Positions 10,801 to 19,879 of a stretch of 64,000 nucleotides of DNA are shown piece by piece. This stretch comes from an uncultured delta proteobacterium (GTDB taxonomy: Bacteria > Myxococcota_A > Polyangia > Polyangiales > Polyangiaceae). Position numbers and translations under genes: made by a program. The notes under the pieces were generated by a model. The model was not told the origin of the DNA. It searched no databases and worked only from the letters and a program-made list of their open reading frames with translations. The stretch lies in assembly GCA_963696385.1 (NCBI GenBank), contig CAVOKF010000007.1:1088001-1152000 (forward strand). The letters run 5' to 3'. Position 1 is the first letter of the stretch, and each line of letters begins with the position of its first letter.

Positions 10801-12300
10801 CGACACCTCTCGCGAGGCGAAAGCCGGGCACGAGCGGCCTCCTTTTATCTCGAAGCGGCGGCCGCCGCGCGCGCCGCATACCAGATTCCGATCGCGATCC
10901 GGTACTACCTTCGATCGATGGCTCACCTCGATTCGGACGACAGCCGCGCGGTACTCTCCGAGGAGGCGCTCGAAAGCCTGTACCGAATGCTCGGACGCCG
11001 GCGGGAACGCGTCCGCCACTTGAATTCGCTTCGGCGGCTCGCGAGGCGGCACGCGACGCCGCGGGTCGTCTGTCTGGGCCTTCTGAGAACCGCTCGCTAC
11101 GAGTTCGACGAAGGGCGGCTGTCGCGCGGCCTCGTCGTGGCCCAGCAAGCCGCCAAGATTGCCCGTGACGCACGGCTGCACGTGATGCAGATGGAGGCGG
11201 AAGCGCGCGTGAGCGAGTTTCTGCGCGAGCTCGGCGATGTGCAAGGCGCATTGGCCGCGTGCGATCGCGCCCTCGCAACGTTCGACCCCAGCGCTCGAGA
11301 GTGCATACCGCCGCAGCAACAGGGCGAGGTGCTCCGTTTGCGTGGGATGCTTCTGCTCCGGGTCGGGCGCGTTCGTGAAGCGATCGACGCGTACGTCAGG
11401 GCGACGGCCATCTTCAGGAAATGCGGACGCCGAAGGCTCGAGGCTCGCGTCAAAGGGGCGTTGTCGCACGCCATGTTCGTCGAGGGACGTTATGAGGACG
11501 CCATCGCTCTATCGCTCGAGTCGATCCGGATTGACCTGTCGATCGGCGTACGCTTTCAGATTGCGCGGGCGCTCACGAACGTGGGGCACGCCTACTTTCG
11601 CCTTGGCGACGTCGATCGCGCGGTCGCCTATCTGAAGCGCGCCCGCGAGGTGCACGAGCGCTACGGCGATCAAAATGGTTGGGCCGAGACGCTGCTCGTG
11701 TGTGCGTCGGTGGCGATCGAGCTCGGGCAACTCGACGAGGCCGAAGGGGCCCTTCGCGATGCGGGCGCTCTGACTGCCGTCACCGGGAATGCCTACGACA
11801 GCACGCATGAAAGCGTCGTCCGGGCGCTTCTGGCGCGTGCGCGACACGAGCCCCACGAAGCGGTCGTCCATGCGATGCACGCGCGACAGGCCGCCGAGAC
11901 CGTGACACTCGTTGCGTTTCACTTCTACGCCATGGCCATCGAGGCCGCGGCTCGAGCCGACCTGGGCGAGGTGCATGCCGCGACGCTCGTCGCGACGACC
12001 GCGCTCGGAGCGGTCGAAAATCTGCAGGGCTGCGAGTACGGCCTCGAAATTCGCATGTTTTGCGCCGAGGCGCTCGAGCGCACCGGCTACCCGCAAGCCA
12101 GCGAGGCGCGCAGGCGCGCGGTCGACTTCGCAGGCGCCCTGGCCCATTCCGTCCGGGATTCGCGTCTTCGAAGCCTGTTCCGTCGGCGTCCCGTGAACGC
12201 AGCCGTCCTCGAACGCAAGCCCCCGTCGCGGCCCGCGGCAGATGTCGCCGGGACCGCGTCGCACGCGGTGCCGCAATCGGAAGCCGTCGAGATCGTATGA
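7828..12300 (+). CDS. Multidomain Ser/Thr kinase + degenerate class III cyclase-like domain + STAND/AAA ATPase + TPR array
   Basis: GAGGMAEV, HRDVSPQN, DFG, GKFGYMSPE; RREVRHVAVLSL cyclase-like strand; LVGRDAE, Walker A GEMGIGKT, VLVEGMHWAD, GGNPFFL, FRHPLTREVAY; helical repeats in the C-terminus. Confidence 0.88.
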   Translation: MSKTPPVAAPQEIAQFDVVRRLGAGGMAEVFLAKKLGAEGTHKVLVLKRILPAHGSSRRFRAMFIEEARLAARLNHPNVVQVYEFQDFGDQGLLLAMEYVEGCDLGQLMASAKSKDAPIDPWVGAWIIAEAAKGLHYAHEKKDEAGQPLDIVHRDVSPQNILLSFEGTVKIADFGIASARLFAEEQGVLKGKFGYMSPEQARGETVDRRGDVYSLGVILWEILVGRPLHGGLGGEALIDIVRSGIVEPPSTYANEIPSELQTIVSKALAGHRDARYRTAREMAAAIGTAIVRQGELIDAAQLEATLTRIVGRAPAGEAPDALGERPDDARTQAAVPLARSFAEAHPGSRRELGAPVEASFGASGRRLPSSGARREVRHVAVLSLRLHGLDAAGMPRRMLDQLRSMLDNLAFKRGMRWGWVSGMDGAIGRATMAASAISGVSSNPSRAASDAAQLALDVHETISGFIEDRPNSVAAAIGIVRGVASGARDAQGHLVQYVLLEPAARLAEVLSEAAAPGRTWVAGGVYRLIRRDFRWGDVPSLDLDDARPALSTDLEVPHTMRVYALERSLSREERLELQGGATDLVGRDAEKADLHAAFHDAVLSRGGGGQLVCRAVIGEMGIGKTALVATFLGELPPISRLLHVECTPVTMEVPYAVIAELVRQAIGTSGEEPFDQVAALIAKVGGAASGEESVSSPMVARLAELATNRQMAAGAEEDAHARKKQILDGTRSLLAAIAFAGPLVVLVEGMHWADKASLDLLVDVAHTGEPLPIFLLLVTRPEERVAHVTQELMRVELRSLTSDEQVRLVETRLGVRDGARQVCADLLPKVGGNPFFLLEMVDALLERGALEIREGTGPGGERVAHLARTERDDAGFAALPSTLEQLLGDRIRELPGPEHVVVDWLAIAGGPLPVADVVKLTSQEDDRAIVRLCARGVCDRKGELVDFRHPLTREVAYAALDRDDRVRMHRTLGEHLAGTSLARGLSAAIVARHLSRGESRARAASFYLEAAAAARAAYQIPIAIRYYLRSMAHLDSDDSRAVLSEEALESLYRMLGRRRERVRHLNSLRRLARRHATPRVVCLGLLRTARYEFDEGRLSRGLVVAQQAAKIARDARLHVMQMEAEARVSEFLRELGDVQGALAACDRALATFDPSARECIPPQQQGEVLRLRGMLLLRVGRVREAIDAYVRATAIFRKCGRRRLEARVKGALSHAMFVEGRYEDAIALSLESIRIDLSIGVRFQIARALTNVGHAYFRLGDVDRAVAYLKRAREVHERYGDQNGWAETLLVCASVAIELGQLDEAEGALRDAGALTAVTGNAYDSTHESVVRALLARARHEPHEAVVHAMHARQAAETVTLVAFHFYAMAIEAAARADLGEVHAATLVATTALGAVENLQGCEYGLEIRMFCAEALERTGYPQASEARRRAVDFAGALAHSVRDSRLRSLFRRRPVNAAVLERKPPSRPAADVAGTASHAVPQSEAVEIV

Positions 12301-13583
12301 CGAACCCGTCACCGACACGCACCAGCCCTCGGCGGATCGCCATGATCCTCTCGGGAGGCGGAGCGCGAGGCGCGTACGAGGTCGGTGTGCTCTGGTACAT
12401 CTTCGACGACCTGACGCGGATGCTCTCGCGCCCACCGCGCATCGACATCCTTTGCGGCACGAGCGTCGGGGCCATCAACGCGTGCTACCTCGCCGCACAC
12501 TTGGGCGATCCGGTCCTCGGTCTGCGGCGACTCGTGGACCTGTGGACGGAGCTGGAGCTCGCCCGCGTCCTCGGGTTTGGCCTGCGCCAGGTCATCACGC
12601 TGCCGCGCGTGCTGTTGGGCGGCGGAAGCGGGTACGGATTGTTCGACGTACGCCCGATGGCCGATCTCGTTCAGCGTGAGATCAGCTGGCGCGCGGTCGC
12701 CCGATGCCTACGCGGGCGGACACTCCGCGCTCTCACGGTGTCGTGCACCGAAGTGTCGGCGGGACGCACGGTCGTATTCATGCAGGTCTCGCCGGACCTT
12801 CAGGTTCCGAGCAACGCTCCTCCGAGGACGCTCTTCCGTGCGGCCCGTGTCGGCCCCCCCCACGCGCTGGCCAGCGCGGCGATCCCGATGCTGTTTCCAC
12901 CCGTTCGGATCGACGACGAGCTGTATCTCGACGGGGGGCTGCGCCAAAATACGCCCATTGCCCCGGCTCTTCGCCTCGGCGCAACGCATATCTTCGCGAT
13001 CGGCAGCTCGCGCGAGGTCAAAGGGCGCGTCGTACGGGAGGCCCACCCGGAGGTAGGACGTGCCCCGGGTGCTGCCTTCTTGTTGGGAAAGGTGCTGAAC
13101 GCGTTCCTGCTCGATCATGTCGACGTGGACATTGAACTGTTGACCCGAATCAATAGTGTCCTGGTCGACGGATCGCGTGCTTACGGCCCGGGATTCACCG
13201 AGGCGCTGAGCGCCGAGGCGCGCCATCGGGGCGCCACCGACTACCGCTACGTGAATTGCATGCGCGTACGCCCGAGCGAAGATATTGGACGACTCGCCAA
13301 CGATCACCTCAAGCGCGGTCGTCTCCGGGGCGATCCGATCTTGACGCGCCGCCTGTTCGGCTTGCTCGACCTGGGCGTCGAGAACGAAGCCGATCTGGCG
13401 AGCTACTTGCTGTTCGACGGGCCGTTTTGCCGCAGGCTCATCGAGATGGGGCGCGCCGACGCGCAGGCTCGCCGCGATGACTTGCTCGATTTTTTTCGCG
13501 AGGCTGCGACGGAAAGGGATGCGCCGGAGCAAGCCGAGGACGTGGGCTCGTCCGACGGCGAATCGCTTCCGCCGATGGACTGA
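12297..13583 (+). CDS. Patatin-like phospholipase
   Basis: SGGGARG, GTSVG (nucleophile Ser) and LDGG; ATG overlaps the upstream TGA (ATGA at 12297-12300). Confidence 0.9.
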   Translation: MTNPSPTRTSPRRIAMILSGGGARGAYEVGVLWYIFDDLTRMLSRPPRIDILCGTSVGAINACYLAAHLGDPVLGLRRLVDLWTELELARVLGFGLRQVITLPRVLLGGGSGYGLFDVRPMADLVQREISWRAVARCLRGRTLRALTVSCTEVSAGRTVVFMQVSPDLQVPSNAPPRTLFRAARVGPPHALASAAIPMLFPPVRIDDELYLDGGLRQNTPIAPALRLGATHIFAIGSSREVKGRVVREAHPEVGRAPGAAFLLGKVLNAFLLDHVDVDIELLTRINSVLVDGSRAYGPGFTEALSAEARHRGATDYRYVNCMRVRPSEDIGRLANDHLKRGRLRGDPILTRRLFGLLDLGVENEADLASYLLFDGPFCRRLIEMGRADAQARRDDLLDFFREAATERDAPEQAEDVGSSDGESLPPMD

Positions 13584-13756
13584 GTACTTCGTTTCCAGGT
13601 TCGGGTTTCGCCGAACGCTACGCCACGTCGTACGAGAAGGTCTTGCGGAGGGCCCTGCCCCGAACCCCCGAAACGCTGCCGCGGTTTTTGCGGGTCTCGC
13701 GGCCGCCACCTTCCCAACCCCGCAACGATCCTACGGCGCGAGCCGAACGAACCGCA

Positions 13757-15016
13757 TCAAGCGAGTGCTGGAACGGCTGGAAAAGCGGGACCCGGCCTCG
13801 CAAAGAGGTAGCCCTGCATCAAGTCGCAGCCTGCCTCGACGATGGCGCCACGTTCTTCGCACGTCTCGATGCCCTCGGCGACCACCTTCATTCCGAGCTC
13901 GTGGCACATCGTGATCATCGTGCGAACCAGCGTCTGCTTGGTCGGCTGCCGGTGGATCCCGCGGACGAGCGACATGTCGAGCTTGACCACCTCCGGCTCG
14001 AGTTGAGCGAAGCTCGTGAGTCCGGCGTACCCCGCGCCCAGATCGTCGACCGCGATGCGGAACCCCATCTCGCGCAGCCTCGAGATGCGCGATTGCACGT
14101 CGCCGATGTGATGCAGGCTGGCCCGCTCGGTGATCTCCAGCACCACCCGGTCGGCGATCCGCGCGAGCGGTCGATCGCGATCGAACAATTCCTCGTCGAG
14201 TAGGTCGTGGGTGTGCAAGTTGACGAACAAGAGGGCCCCGTCGGGCATCTTCGCCGGGGGCTGCGAAGCGGCCGACCGGATGGCCCGACCGAGCTCGTGG
14301 AGGCGATTCAGCCGTTCGGCGGCATCCAGAATGGCTCCTGGGTGCGGCAGCGCAAGCTCGCGGGAGCGGAGCAACGCCTCGTAGCCGAACACGTGTCGCC
14401 CCGACCACGAGACGATCGGCTGATAGGCAATCCAGAGTGTATCGATCGCCCGACCGAAGCTCGCCACGAGTCCGGCGCGATCGCCGACCAGCCGATCGAC
14501 CCCACCGGCGAGATCGAGCGCGCTGCGCTTGGCCTTTGCGATGTGGTGAAGGCGGACCGCGTCGTCGACCACCGACCGCAGGCTGCCGCCGTCGATGGGC
14601 TTGGTGAGGTACCGGAGCGCGCCGTGCTGGACCGCCGCCACGGCCGTCTCGAGCGATGGGCTTCCCGTGATCAGGATCACGGGGATGTCCAAGTCGTGGG
14701 CGCGTATGCGCTCGAGCAACGCGACCCCTCCCAGGCGCGGCATGTCGATGTCGCTCAGGACGACATCGAACGAGCACGACTTGACCGCGCTGACGGCGGC
14801 CTCTCCGTCGAGGCGAATGTCGACGTCGTAGCCATACGCCGAAAGCATTCGCGCGTACAATCGCGCAAGGATGGCGTCATCGTCGACCAGGAGAACGCGC
14901 GACCGAACGGCCAATCGGACCCCCGAGGGGTGCCCATCGGGCGTCTGCGCTGCGTCTTCGTGCGTCTTCGCCTTCCACGACTCCGCGCCGCTCATCCATG
15001 CCCCTTCCACATGCAA
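13757..15016 (-). CDS. REC-EAL response regulator, probable c-di-GMP phosphodiesterase
   Basis: VLLVDDD, SDIDMP and KP receiver motifs; YEALLR, LFVNL, EITE, DDLGAGY, KLD, EGIE and QGYLF EAL motifs. True start may be slightly downstream. Confidence 0.9.
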   Translation of the reverse strand: MHVEGAWMSGAESWKAKTHEDAAQTPDGHPSGVRLAVRSRVLLVDDDAILARLYARMLSAYGYDVDIRLDGEAAVSAVKSCSFDVVLSDIDMPRLGGVALLERIRAHDLDIPVILITGSPSLETAVAAVQHGALRYLTKPIDGGSLRSVVDDAVRLHHIAKAKRSALDLAGGVDRLVGDRAGLVASFGRAIDTLWIAYQPIVSWSGRHVFGYEALLRSRELALPHPGAILDAAERLNRLHELGRAIRSAASQPPAKMPDGALLFVNLHTHDLLDEELFDRDRPLARIADRVVLEITERASLHHIGDVQSRISRLREMGFRIAVDDLGAGYAGLTSFAQLEPEVVKLDMSLVRGIHRQPTKQTLVRTMITMCHELGMKVVAEGIETCEERGAIVEAGCDLMQGYLFARPGPAFPAVPALA

Positions 15017-15123
15017 CCAACGGCTCGGCGGCTCGCTCGGCTAAGGGCACGGTGCGGGAATGACCACGTCCGTGTGTGTGCCTTCAATCCCCTTGCAGCG
15101 CGGCCGCGAGGCGAAACGGTGCA

Positions 15124-15726
15124 TCAGAACTCGTCGATCGAGCCGGCGCCCTTTCGAACGATCTCGGGCGGCGACTTCGTGAGATCGATGACTGTCGTAG
15201 GCACGAGCCCACCGGCGCCCGCATCCAGGATCAACGAGAGCCCGGGGAATGCCGTGGCGATTTCGTGCGGGTCGACGAGCGGTTCCTCGCCCGGCCGAGC
15301 CGCGGTCGACGAAATGATGGGACGGCCCAGCTCGCGCACGAGTGCACGCGTGGCCTCGCACGCCGGAACACGGATTCCCACGGTCTTGCGCTTCATTTGA
15401 ACGAGCTTCGGGACCTCCCGCGTCGCCTCGAGAATGAACGTGTAGGGCCCCGGGAGGAAGCGCCTGAGGACGCGGTACACTTGGTTGTCCACGATGGCGT
15501 AGCGGGCGATATGGGCGAGATCCGGACACACGAATGCGAGCGGGTGCGAATGGTCCATTCGCTTGATTTCGTAAATCCGATCGACGGCGCGCTTGTTGAT
15601 AAGATCGCACCCGATCCCGTAGACGGTATCTGTCGGATACGCGATCACCCCTCCCTCCTCGAGGACCGCGACGGCGCGACGGATCTTTCGCGGTTCGGGA
15701 TGGTTCGGGTCGACGGCCAGCAGCAT
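15124..15726 (-). CDS. Sua5/YciO/YrdC family protein (threonylcarbamoyl-AMP synthase-like)
   Basis: IAYPTDTVYGIGC, PGPYTFIL, VGIRVP; SSTA where TsaC has STSAN suggests the YciO-like branch. Confidence 0.88.
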   Translation of the reverse strand: MLLAVDPNHPEPRKIRRAVAVLEEGGVIAYPTDTVYGIGCDLINKRAVDRIYEIKRMDHSHPLAFVCPDLAHIARYAIVDNQVYRVLRRFLPGPYTFILEATREVPKLVQMKRKTVGIRVPACEATRALVRELGRPIISSTAARPGEEPLVDPHEIATAFPGLSLILDAGAGGLVPTTVIDLTKSPPEIVRKGAGSIDEF

Positions 15727-15811
15727 CGCGCGGGCGTCCGCCCCTAGCCCGAACGTCCGCGCGCGTCACGCGCGATCGGGTTCCGCCCGACTGCTAGGCT
15801 CCGCTGCACCC

Positions 15812-16762
15812 ATGACGCCCTACGAGCTGGGCCTCCCGCCATGGATGCTTGGCGCCTGGGCGTTCGTGTGGGGCTGTCTATGGGGCAGCTTCGTCAATGT
15901 GGTCGTCTATCGCGTTCCGCGGGGCATGAGCGTCGTGCGGCCGGCATCGCATTGTCCGGCGTGCGGAGAGCCCGTGCGCGCGTGGGACAACCTACCGATC
16001 GTCTCTTGGCTGCTGCTGCGGGGCCGCGCACGCTGCTGCGGCGCGCGCATCTCGACTCGTTACGCCGTCATCGAACTGCTGGGCGGAATCGTATCGCTCG
16101 CAATCGCACAGCTCGTCTTGCGCTCGGCACCCGACGGTGTACCGCTCTTCCACCTAGGAGCGGTCTTTCTCGCAGACTTCGCGCTGGCGATGGCGCTGAT
16201 CGCCGCGGCGTTCATCGATGCCGAGCACATGTACCTGCCCGATGCGATCACGATCGTGGGCACGCTCTTCGGTCTGTCGACCCCCGGGTTGCGCGAGATG
16301 ACGTACCGCGCTGCGCTCGGCGGAGCGGCCATCGGATTCGTCGGCGTGTGGCTGCCGTTCGTCGTCGCATACAAACTCGTTCGAAAGCGTAGCGGCATGG
16401 GCCTCGGCGACGCCAAACTCGTCATGTTGACTGGGGCTTGGTTTGGTTGGCAGGGCGCTGTGTTCGCGCTGTTCGGGGGGGCGCTGCAAGCGAGCGTTGC
16501 CGCGATTGCACTCTTGTTGATTCGTGGCCGGATCGACGAGCCGGCAGCCGTGCGAGCCGATCGCGAGTTGTTGCAGAGAGCCGCGGCCTCGGGGGACGAA
16601 GACGCACGAGCGGCGCTCGAGCAAGACCCACTCGCTCACGCGCCCGAAGACGGGATCCTGGCGGCGAGAATCCCCTTCGGCCCGTTTCTGTGCCTCGCAG
16701 CGATCGAGTGGATGCTGTTCGGCGCGCGAATCCGCGAGATGCTGCACGGGCTCGACGGCTGA
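15812..16762 (+). CDS. pilD: Type IV prepilin peptidase
   Basis: GSFVNVVVYRVP, SHCPAC, WDNLPIVSWLLLRGRARCC, FID, GMGLGDAKL, IPFGPFL. Confidence 0.93.
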   Translation: MTPYELGLPPWMLGAWAFVWGCLWGSFVNVVVYRVPRGMSVVRPASHCPACGEPVRAWDNLPIVSWLLLRGRARCCGARISTRYAVIELLGGIVSLAIAQLVLRSAPDGVPLFHLGAVFLADFALAMALIAAAFIDAEHMYLPDAITIVGTLFGLSTPGLREMTYRAALGGAAIGFVGVWLPFVVAYKLVRKRSGMGLGDAKLVMLTGAWFGWQGAVFALFGGALQASVAAIALLLIRGRIDEPAAVRADRELLQRAAASGDEDARAALEQDPLAHAPEDGILAARIPFGPFLCLAAIEWMLFGARIREMLHGLDG

Positions 16763-16779
16763 CGGGCCGTCGGTCGCGA

Positions 16780-18069
16780 TCAGGCGCGCTTGTCCAAGGA
16801 CACGTAATCGCGCACCTGCGAGCCGGTGTAAATCTGGCGAGGGCGCGCGATTTTCGTGTTCGAGTCTTCCACCATTTCCTTCCAGTGAGCGATCCATCCT
16901 GGAAGTCGGCCCAGCGCGAACAGGACCGTGAACATATTGGTCGGAAAGCCCATCGCTCGATAAATGATGCCCGAATAAAAATCGACATTCGGGTAGAGCT
17001 TCCGCTCGATGAAGTAGCTGTCCCTGAGAGCCGTCTCTTCGAGAGTCTTCGCGATATCGAGCAGCGGGTCGGGCTTGCCCAGCTTGGCGAGGACCTTGTC
17101 GGCGGCGGCCTTGATGATCTTGGCTCGCGGATCGAAGTTCTTGTACACGCGGTGGCCGAAGCCCATGAGCTTGAAGCCACTGTGCTTGTCCTTCGCGAGC
17201 GCGACGTACTTCTTCACGTCGCCGCCGTCGTCCTGGATGGCGGTGAGCATCTCGAGGACTTCTTGATTCGCCCCCCCGTGCAGCGGACCCCAGAGCGCGC
17301 AAATCCCCGCGCTGATCGACGCGAAAAGATTGGCCTTGCTCGAGCCGACCACTCGGACCGTGCTCGTCGAACAGTTCTGCTCGTGATCCGCGTGCAGGAT
17401 CAACAGCAGATTCATGACTTTGACGAGCTCCGGGTCGACCTGGTACTCCTCGGCGGGAACCGAAAACATCATGTGCAAGAAGTTCGCGCAATACGACAGC
17501 GTGTTCTTCGGGTAGACGAACGGCTGCCCGATCGACTTCTTGTACGCAAACGCTGCGATCGTTCGGACCTTCGAAGCGAGCCGCGCGATCGTGATGTCGC
17601 GGTGCTCGACGTTGTCGGCGTCGAGCGAATCGGGGTAGTAGCTCGACAAGGCCGCCACCATGGCGCTGAGGATGGCCATCGGATGAGCGCTCGGCGAGAA
17701 GCCCTCGAAGAAGTGCTTCATGTCCTCGTGAATCAGCGAGTGTCGCGTGAGCTTCTCGCTCCAATCCATCAGCTGTGGCTCGTTGGGCAAGACCCCGTAG
17801 ATGAGCAGATAGGCCGTTTCGACGAAGGTCGACTTCTCGGCCAGCTGCTCGATGGGAATCCCGCGGTATCGCAGAATTCCATTGTCGCCGTCGATAAACG
17901 TGATGGCGCTCTTGGTCGACGCGGTGTTCATGAACGCGGGGTCGATGGTCACGAAGCCCGTCTTCGCTCGAAGTTGCCCGATGTCGATGGCCCGCTCTCC
18001 CTCCGTGCCGACGACGACCGGAGCCTCGAACTCGTTGCCCCCCAGCGTGATGATGGCCTTATCCGTCAC
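16780..18069 (-). CDS. gltA: Citrate synthase (type II)
   Basis: LHADHEQNCST, GPLHGGAN, GFGHRVYKNFDPR, YPNVDFYSG; GTG at 18069 preceded by GGAGGAG. Confidence 0.96.
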   Translation of the reverse strand: MTDKAIITLGGNEFEAPVVVGTEGERAIDIGQLRAKTGFVTIDPAFMNTASTKSAITFIDGDNGILRYRGIPIEQLAEKSTFVETAYLLIYGVLPNEPQLMDWSEKLTRHSLIHEDMKHFFEGFSPSAHPMAILSAMVAALSSYYPDSLDADNVEHRDITIARLASKVRTIAAFAYKKSIGQPFVYPKNTLSYCANFLHMMFSVPAEEYQVDPELVKVMNLLLILHADHEQNCSTSTVRVVGSSKANLFASISAGICALWGPLHGGANQEVLEMLTAIQDDGGDVKKYVALAKDKHSGFKLMGFGHRVYKNFDPRAKIIKAAADKVLAKLGKPDPLLDIAKTLEETALRDSYFIERKLYPNVDFYSGIIYRAMGFPTNMFTVLFALGRLPGWIAHWKEMVEDSNTKIARPRQIYTGSQVRDYVSLDKRA

Positions 18070-18243
18070 GGGATCTCCTCCGCTGCGGAATCGCCCGTGC
18101 ACTATAGGTCAAAACCAAACTTTGCGCAGTGCGCAAATGCGGGTGCCGGTTCAGAATCGGTGCGCCGCCGCCCTGCGCCCGCCGGACCGGATCGGCTTCG
18201 GCGGACGATCCACCGCTCCCTGCGCGCGGCGTTGAACTCGCTC

Positions 18244-18993
18244 TCAGGGGGTTCGCCACCTGAGGCGGCGCTCGTCGGCTTGGTCCAGCGCAAGCCGGCG
18301 CTGTTCCTGGACGAGCGCCCCGTACGTCCTCGGGATCCGCGCGTCGACGGCAAGCGCGAACATCACCCGGAGCGCAGCTTCCGCATCGTCGCTCGCGCGG
18401 TGAGCGTTCTCCAGCGTGATGCCGAGTCGCGACGCCACCTCCCCGAGAGCGCGTGATTTTTCTTCGGACTGCAACTCGCGGGCCCAGACGAGAGGATCGA
18501 TCCAGTCCACGCCCTTTTGCAGAGCGGGCGGCAGCGGCCCCGTCATCACGGCCGCGCGCGCGATCTCGTTGCCGAGAAAAACGCGGTCGAATGCCGCGTT
18601 GTAAGCGGCCGGGACGCATCCCGCGAGCGCCGCCGCAATCTCTCGGGCCACGACCTCGAAGGGGGGGGCGTCCTTGACATGGTCGTCGGTAATCTTGTGG
18701 ACGTCGCTGGCCTCCTTGGGGATCGGGCGTCGCGGGTTGACGAGCCAATTCTTGCGCTCGACCACCTCCCCACCCCGCGCGATGGCGAGGCCGACCTCGA
18801 CGACCCGATCCACGGAGGCGTCGCGGCCCGTGGTTTCGAGGTCGATCAAGGCGATCGGCAATTCCATCCACGGCGCGTCTGGCGAGATGTCCTCGATCAG
18901 GCCTCGAACGACCGCGCGAAGCAGGTGGGCGATCCCGGCATAGTGCCGCCCGGTCGGGAAGCATCCGCACGCGTCCAGCACGACACCCCGCAC
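18244..18993 (-). CDS. DEDDh 3'-5' exonuclease (DnaQ/epsilon-like)
   Basis: IDLETTG, AYNAAFDRVFL, HRASDDA. Start approximate (GTG 18993 or 18981); the rest of the ORF-track N-terminus is an out-of-frame overlap with the DsbA gene. Confidence 0.85.
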   Translation of the reverse strand: MRGVVLDACGCFPTGRHYAGIAHLLRAVVRGLIEDISPDAPWMELPIALIDLETTGRDASVDRVVEVGLAIARGGEVVERKNWLVNPRRPIPKEASDVHKITDDHVKDAPPFEVVAREIAAALAGCVPAAYNAAFDRVFLGNEIARAAVMTGPLPPALQKGVDWIDPLVWARELQSEEKSRALGEVASRLGITLENAHRASDDAEAALRVMFALAVDARIPRTYGALVQEQRRLALDQADERRLRWRTP

Positions 18994-18997
18994 AGCG

Positions 18998-19879
18998 TCA
19001 CCTCGCACGAGGGTGGGCGACACCGATCTCGGCATCGACCCACTCGGCGATGTCGAGCTTGTTGTCGAATTCGCGCCCGTTGATGAAAATCGTCGGAGTC
19101 GCTTTGACGCCCAAGTCGTCGGCGAGCTTGCGGTCTTCTTCGATTCGCGCCGTGGTCGCCGGCGCGTGCAGGTCGGCGGCGAATCGTTCGAGATCGAGCG
19201 AGAGAGCCTTCGCATAGTCCATGAGATCGCTCTCTTCGAGTCGGCCGGCGCTGGCGAAGAGCCGGTGATGCATCTCCCAGAATTTACCTTGCGCTTGAGC
19301 CGCAATACCGGCGCGCGCGGCGATTTCGCCGTGCGGATGCACCGCCAGAGGCATGAACTTGTACACGAAGCGAACGCTGTCCTTTCGGCCGTCGCAGAAC
19401 TCGTCGAGCTTGGGTGCGATCTGCTGGCAGAAGGGGCACTCGAAATCGGCAAACTCGACGATCGTGACCGGGGCGTTGTCCGGCCCACGCGACGGCGATC
19501 CCTGCGTCGGAATGACTCTCGCCGTCGCCGAGTCGAAGCGATTCTTGTACAGATCCTGGACCTGCTGCGGCGACATGCCTTCGCGCACAGCCTTGGCAAT
19601 GGCCTTCGCCACGAGCAGGCACCGTGCGCAGTCGCGCTTCTCGAGGACACAGTCCGCAATGGGCGCGTCAACCGCGGGGCATGGCGCTCGGAACTGCTGA
19701 ACGTACCGCGAAAACTCGTGCCTCTCCCGAGGGGTAAAGTCGTGAGTATCGATCCCCGGCAGGTCCAAAGTTCCTGCCGCGTGACGGGCGTCGTCCGCCC
19801 CGCCTTGGCAGGCCGATCCACCGGCAAGGCACACGGCCAAAAGAATGCGGGCGAGCAGCGGGACCTTCACCCTTGTCAC
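18998..19879 (-). CDS. DsbA/thioredoxin-fold lipoprotein (CPFC)
   Basis: VEFADFECPFC, ATPTIFING; lipobox-like GSAC; GTG overlaps the upstream stop. Confidence 0.85.
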   Translation of the reverse strand: MTRVKVPLLARILLAVCLAGGSACQGGADDARHAAGTLDLPGIDTHDFTPRERHEFSRYVQQFRAPCPAVDAPIADCVLEKRDCARCLLVAKAIAKAVREGMSPQQVQDLYKNRFDSATARVIPTQGSPSRGPDNAPVTIVEFADFECPFCQQIAPKLDEFCDGRKDSVRFVYKFMPLAVHPHGEIAARAGIAAQAQGKFWEMHHRLFASAGRLEESDLMDYAKALSLDLERFAADLHAPATTARIEEDRKLADDLGVKATPTIFINGREFDNKLDIAEWVDAEIGVAHPRAR

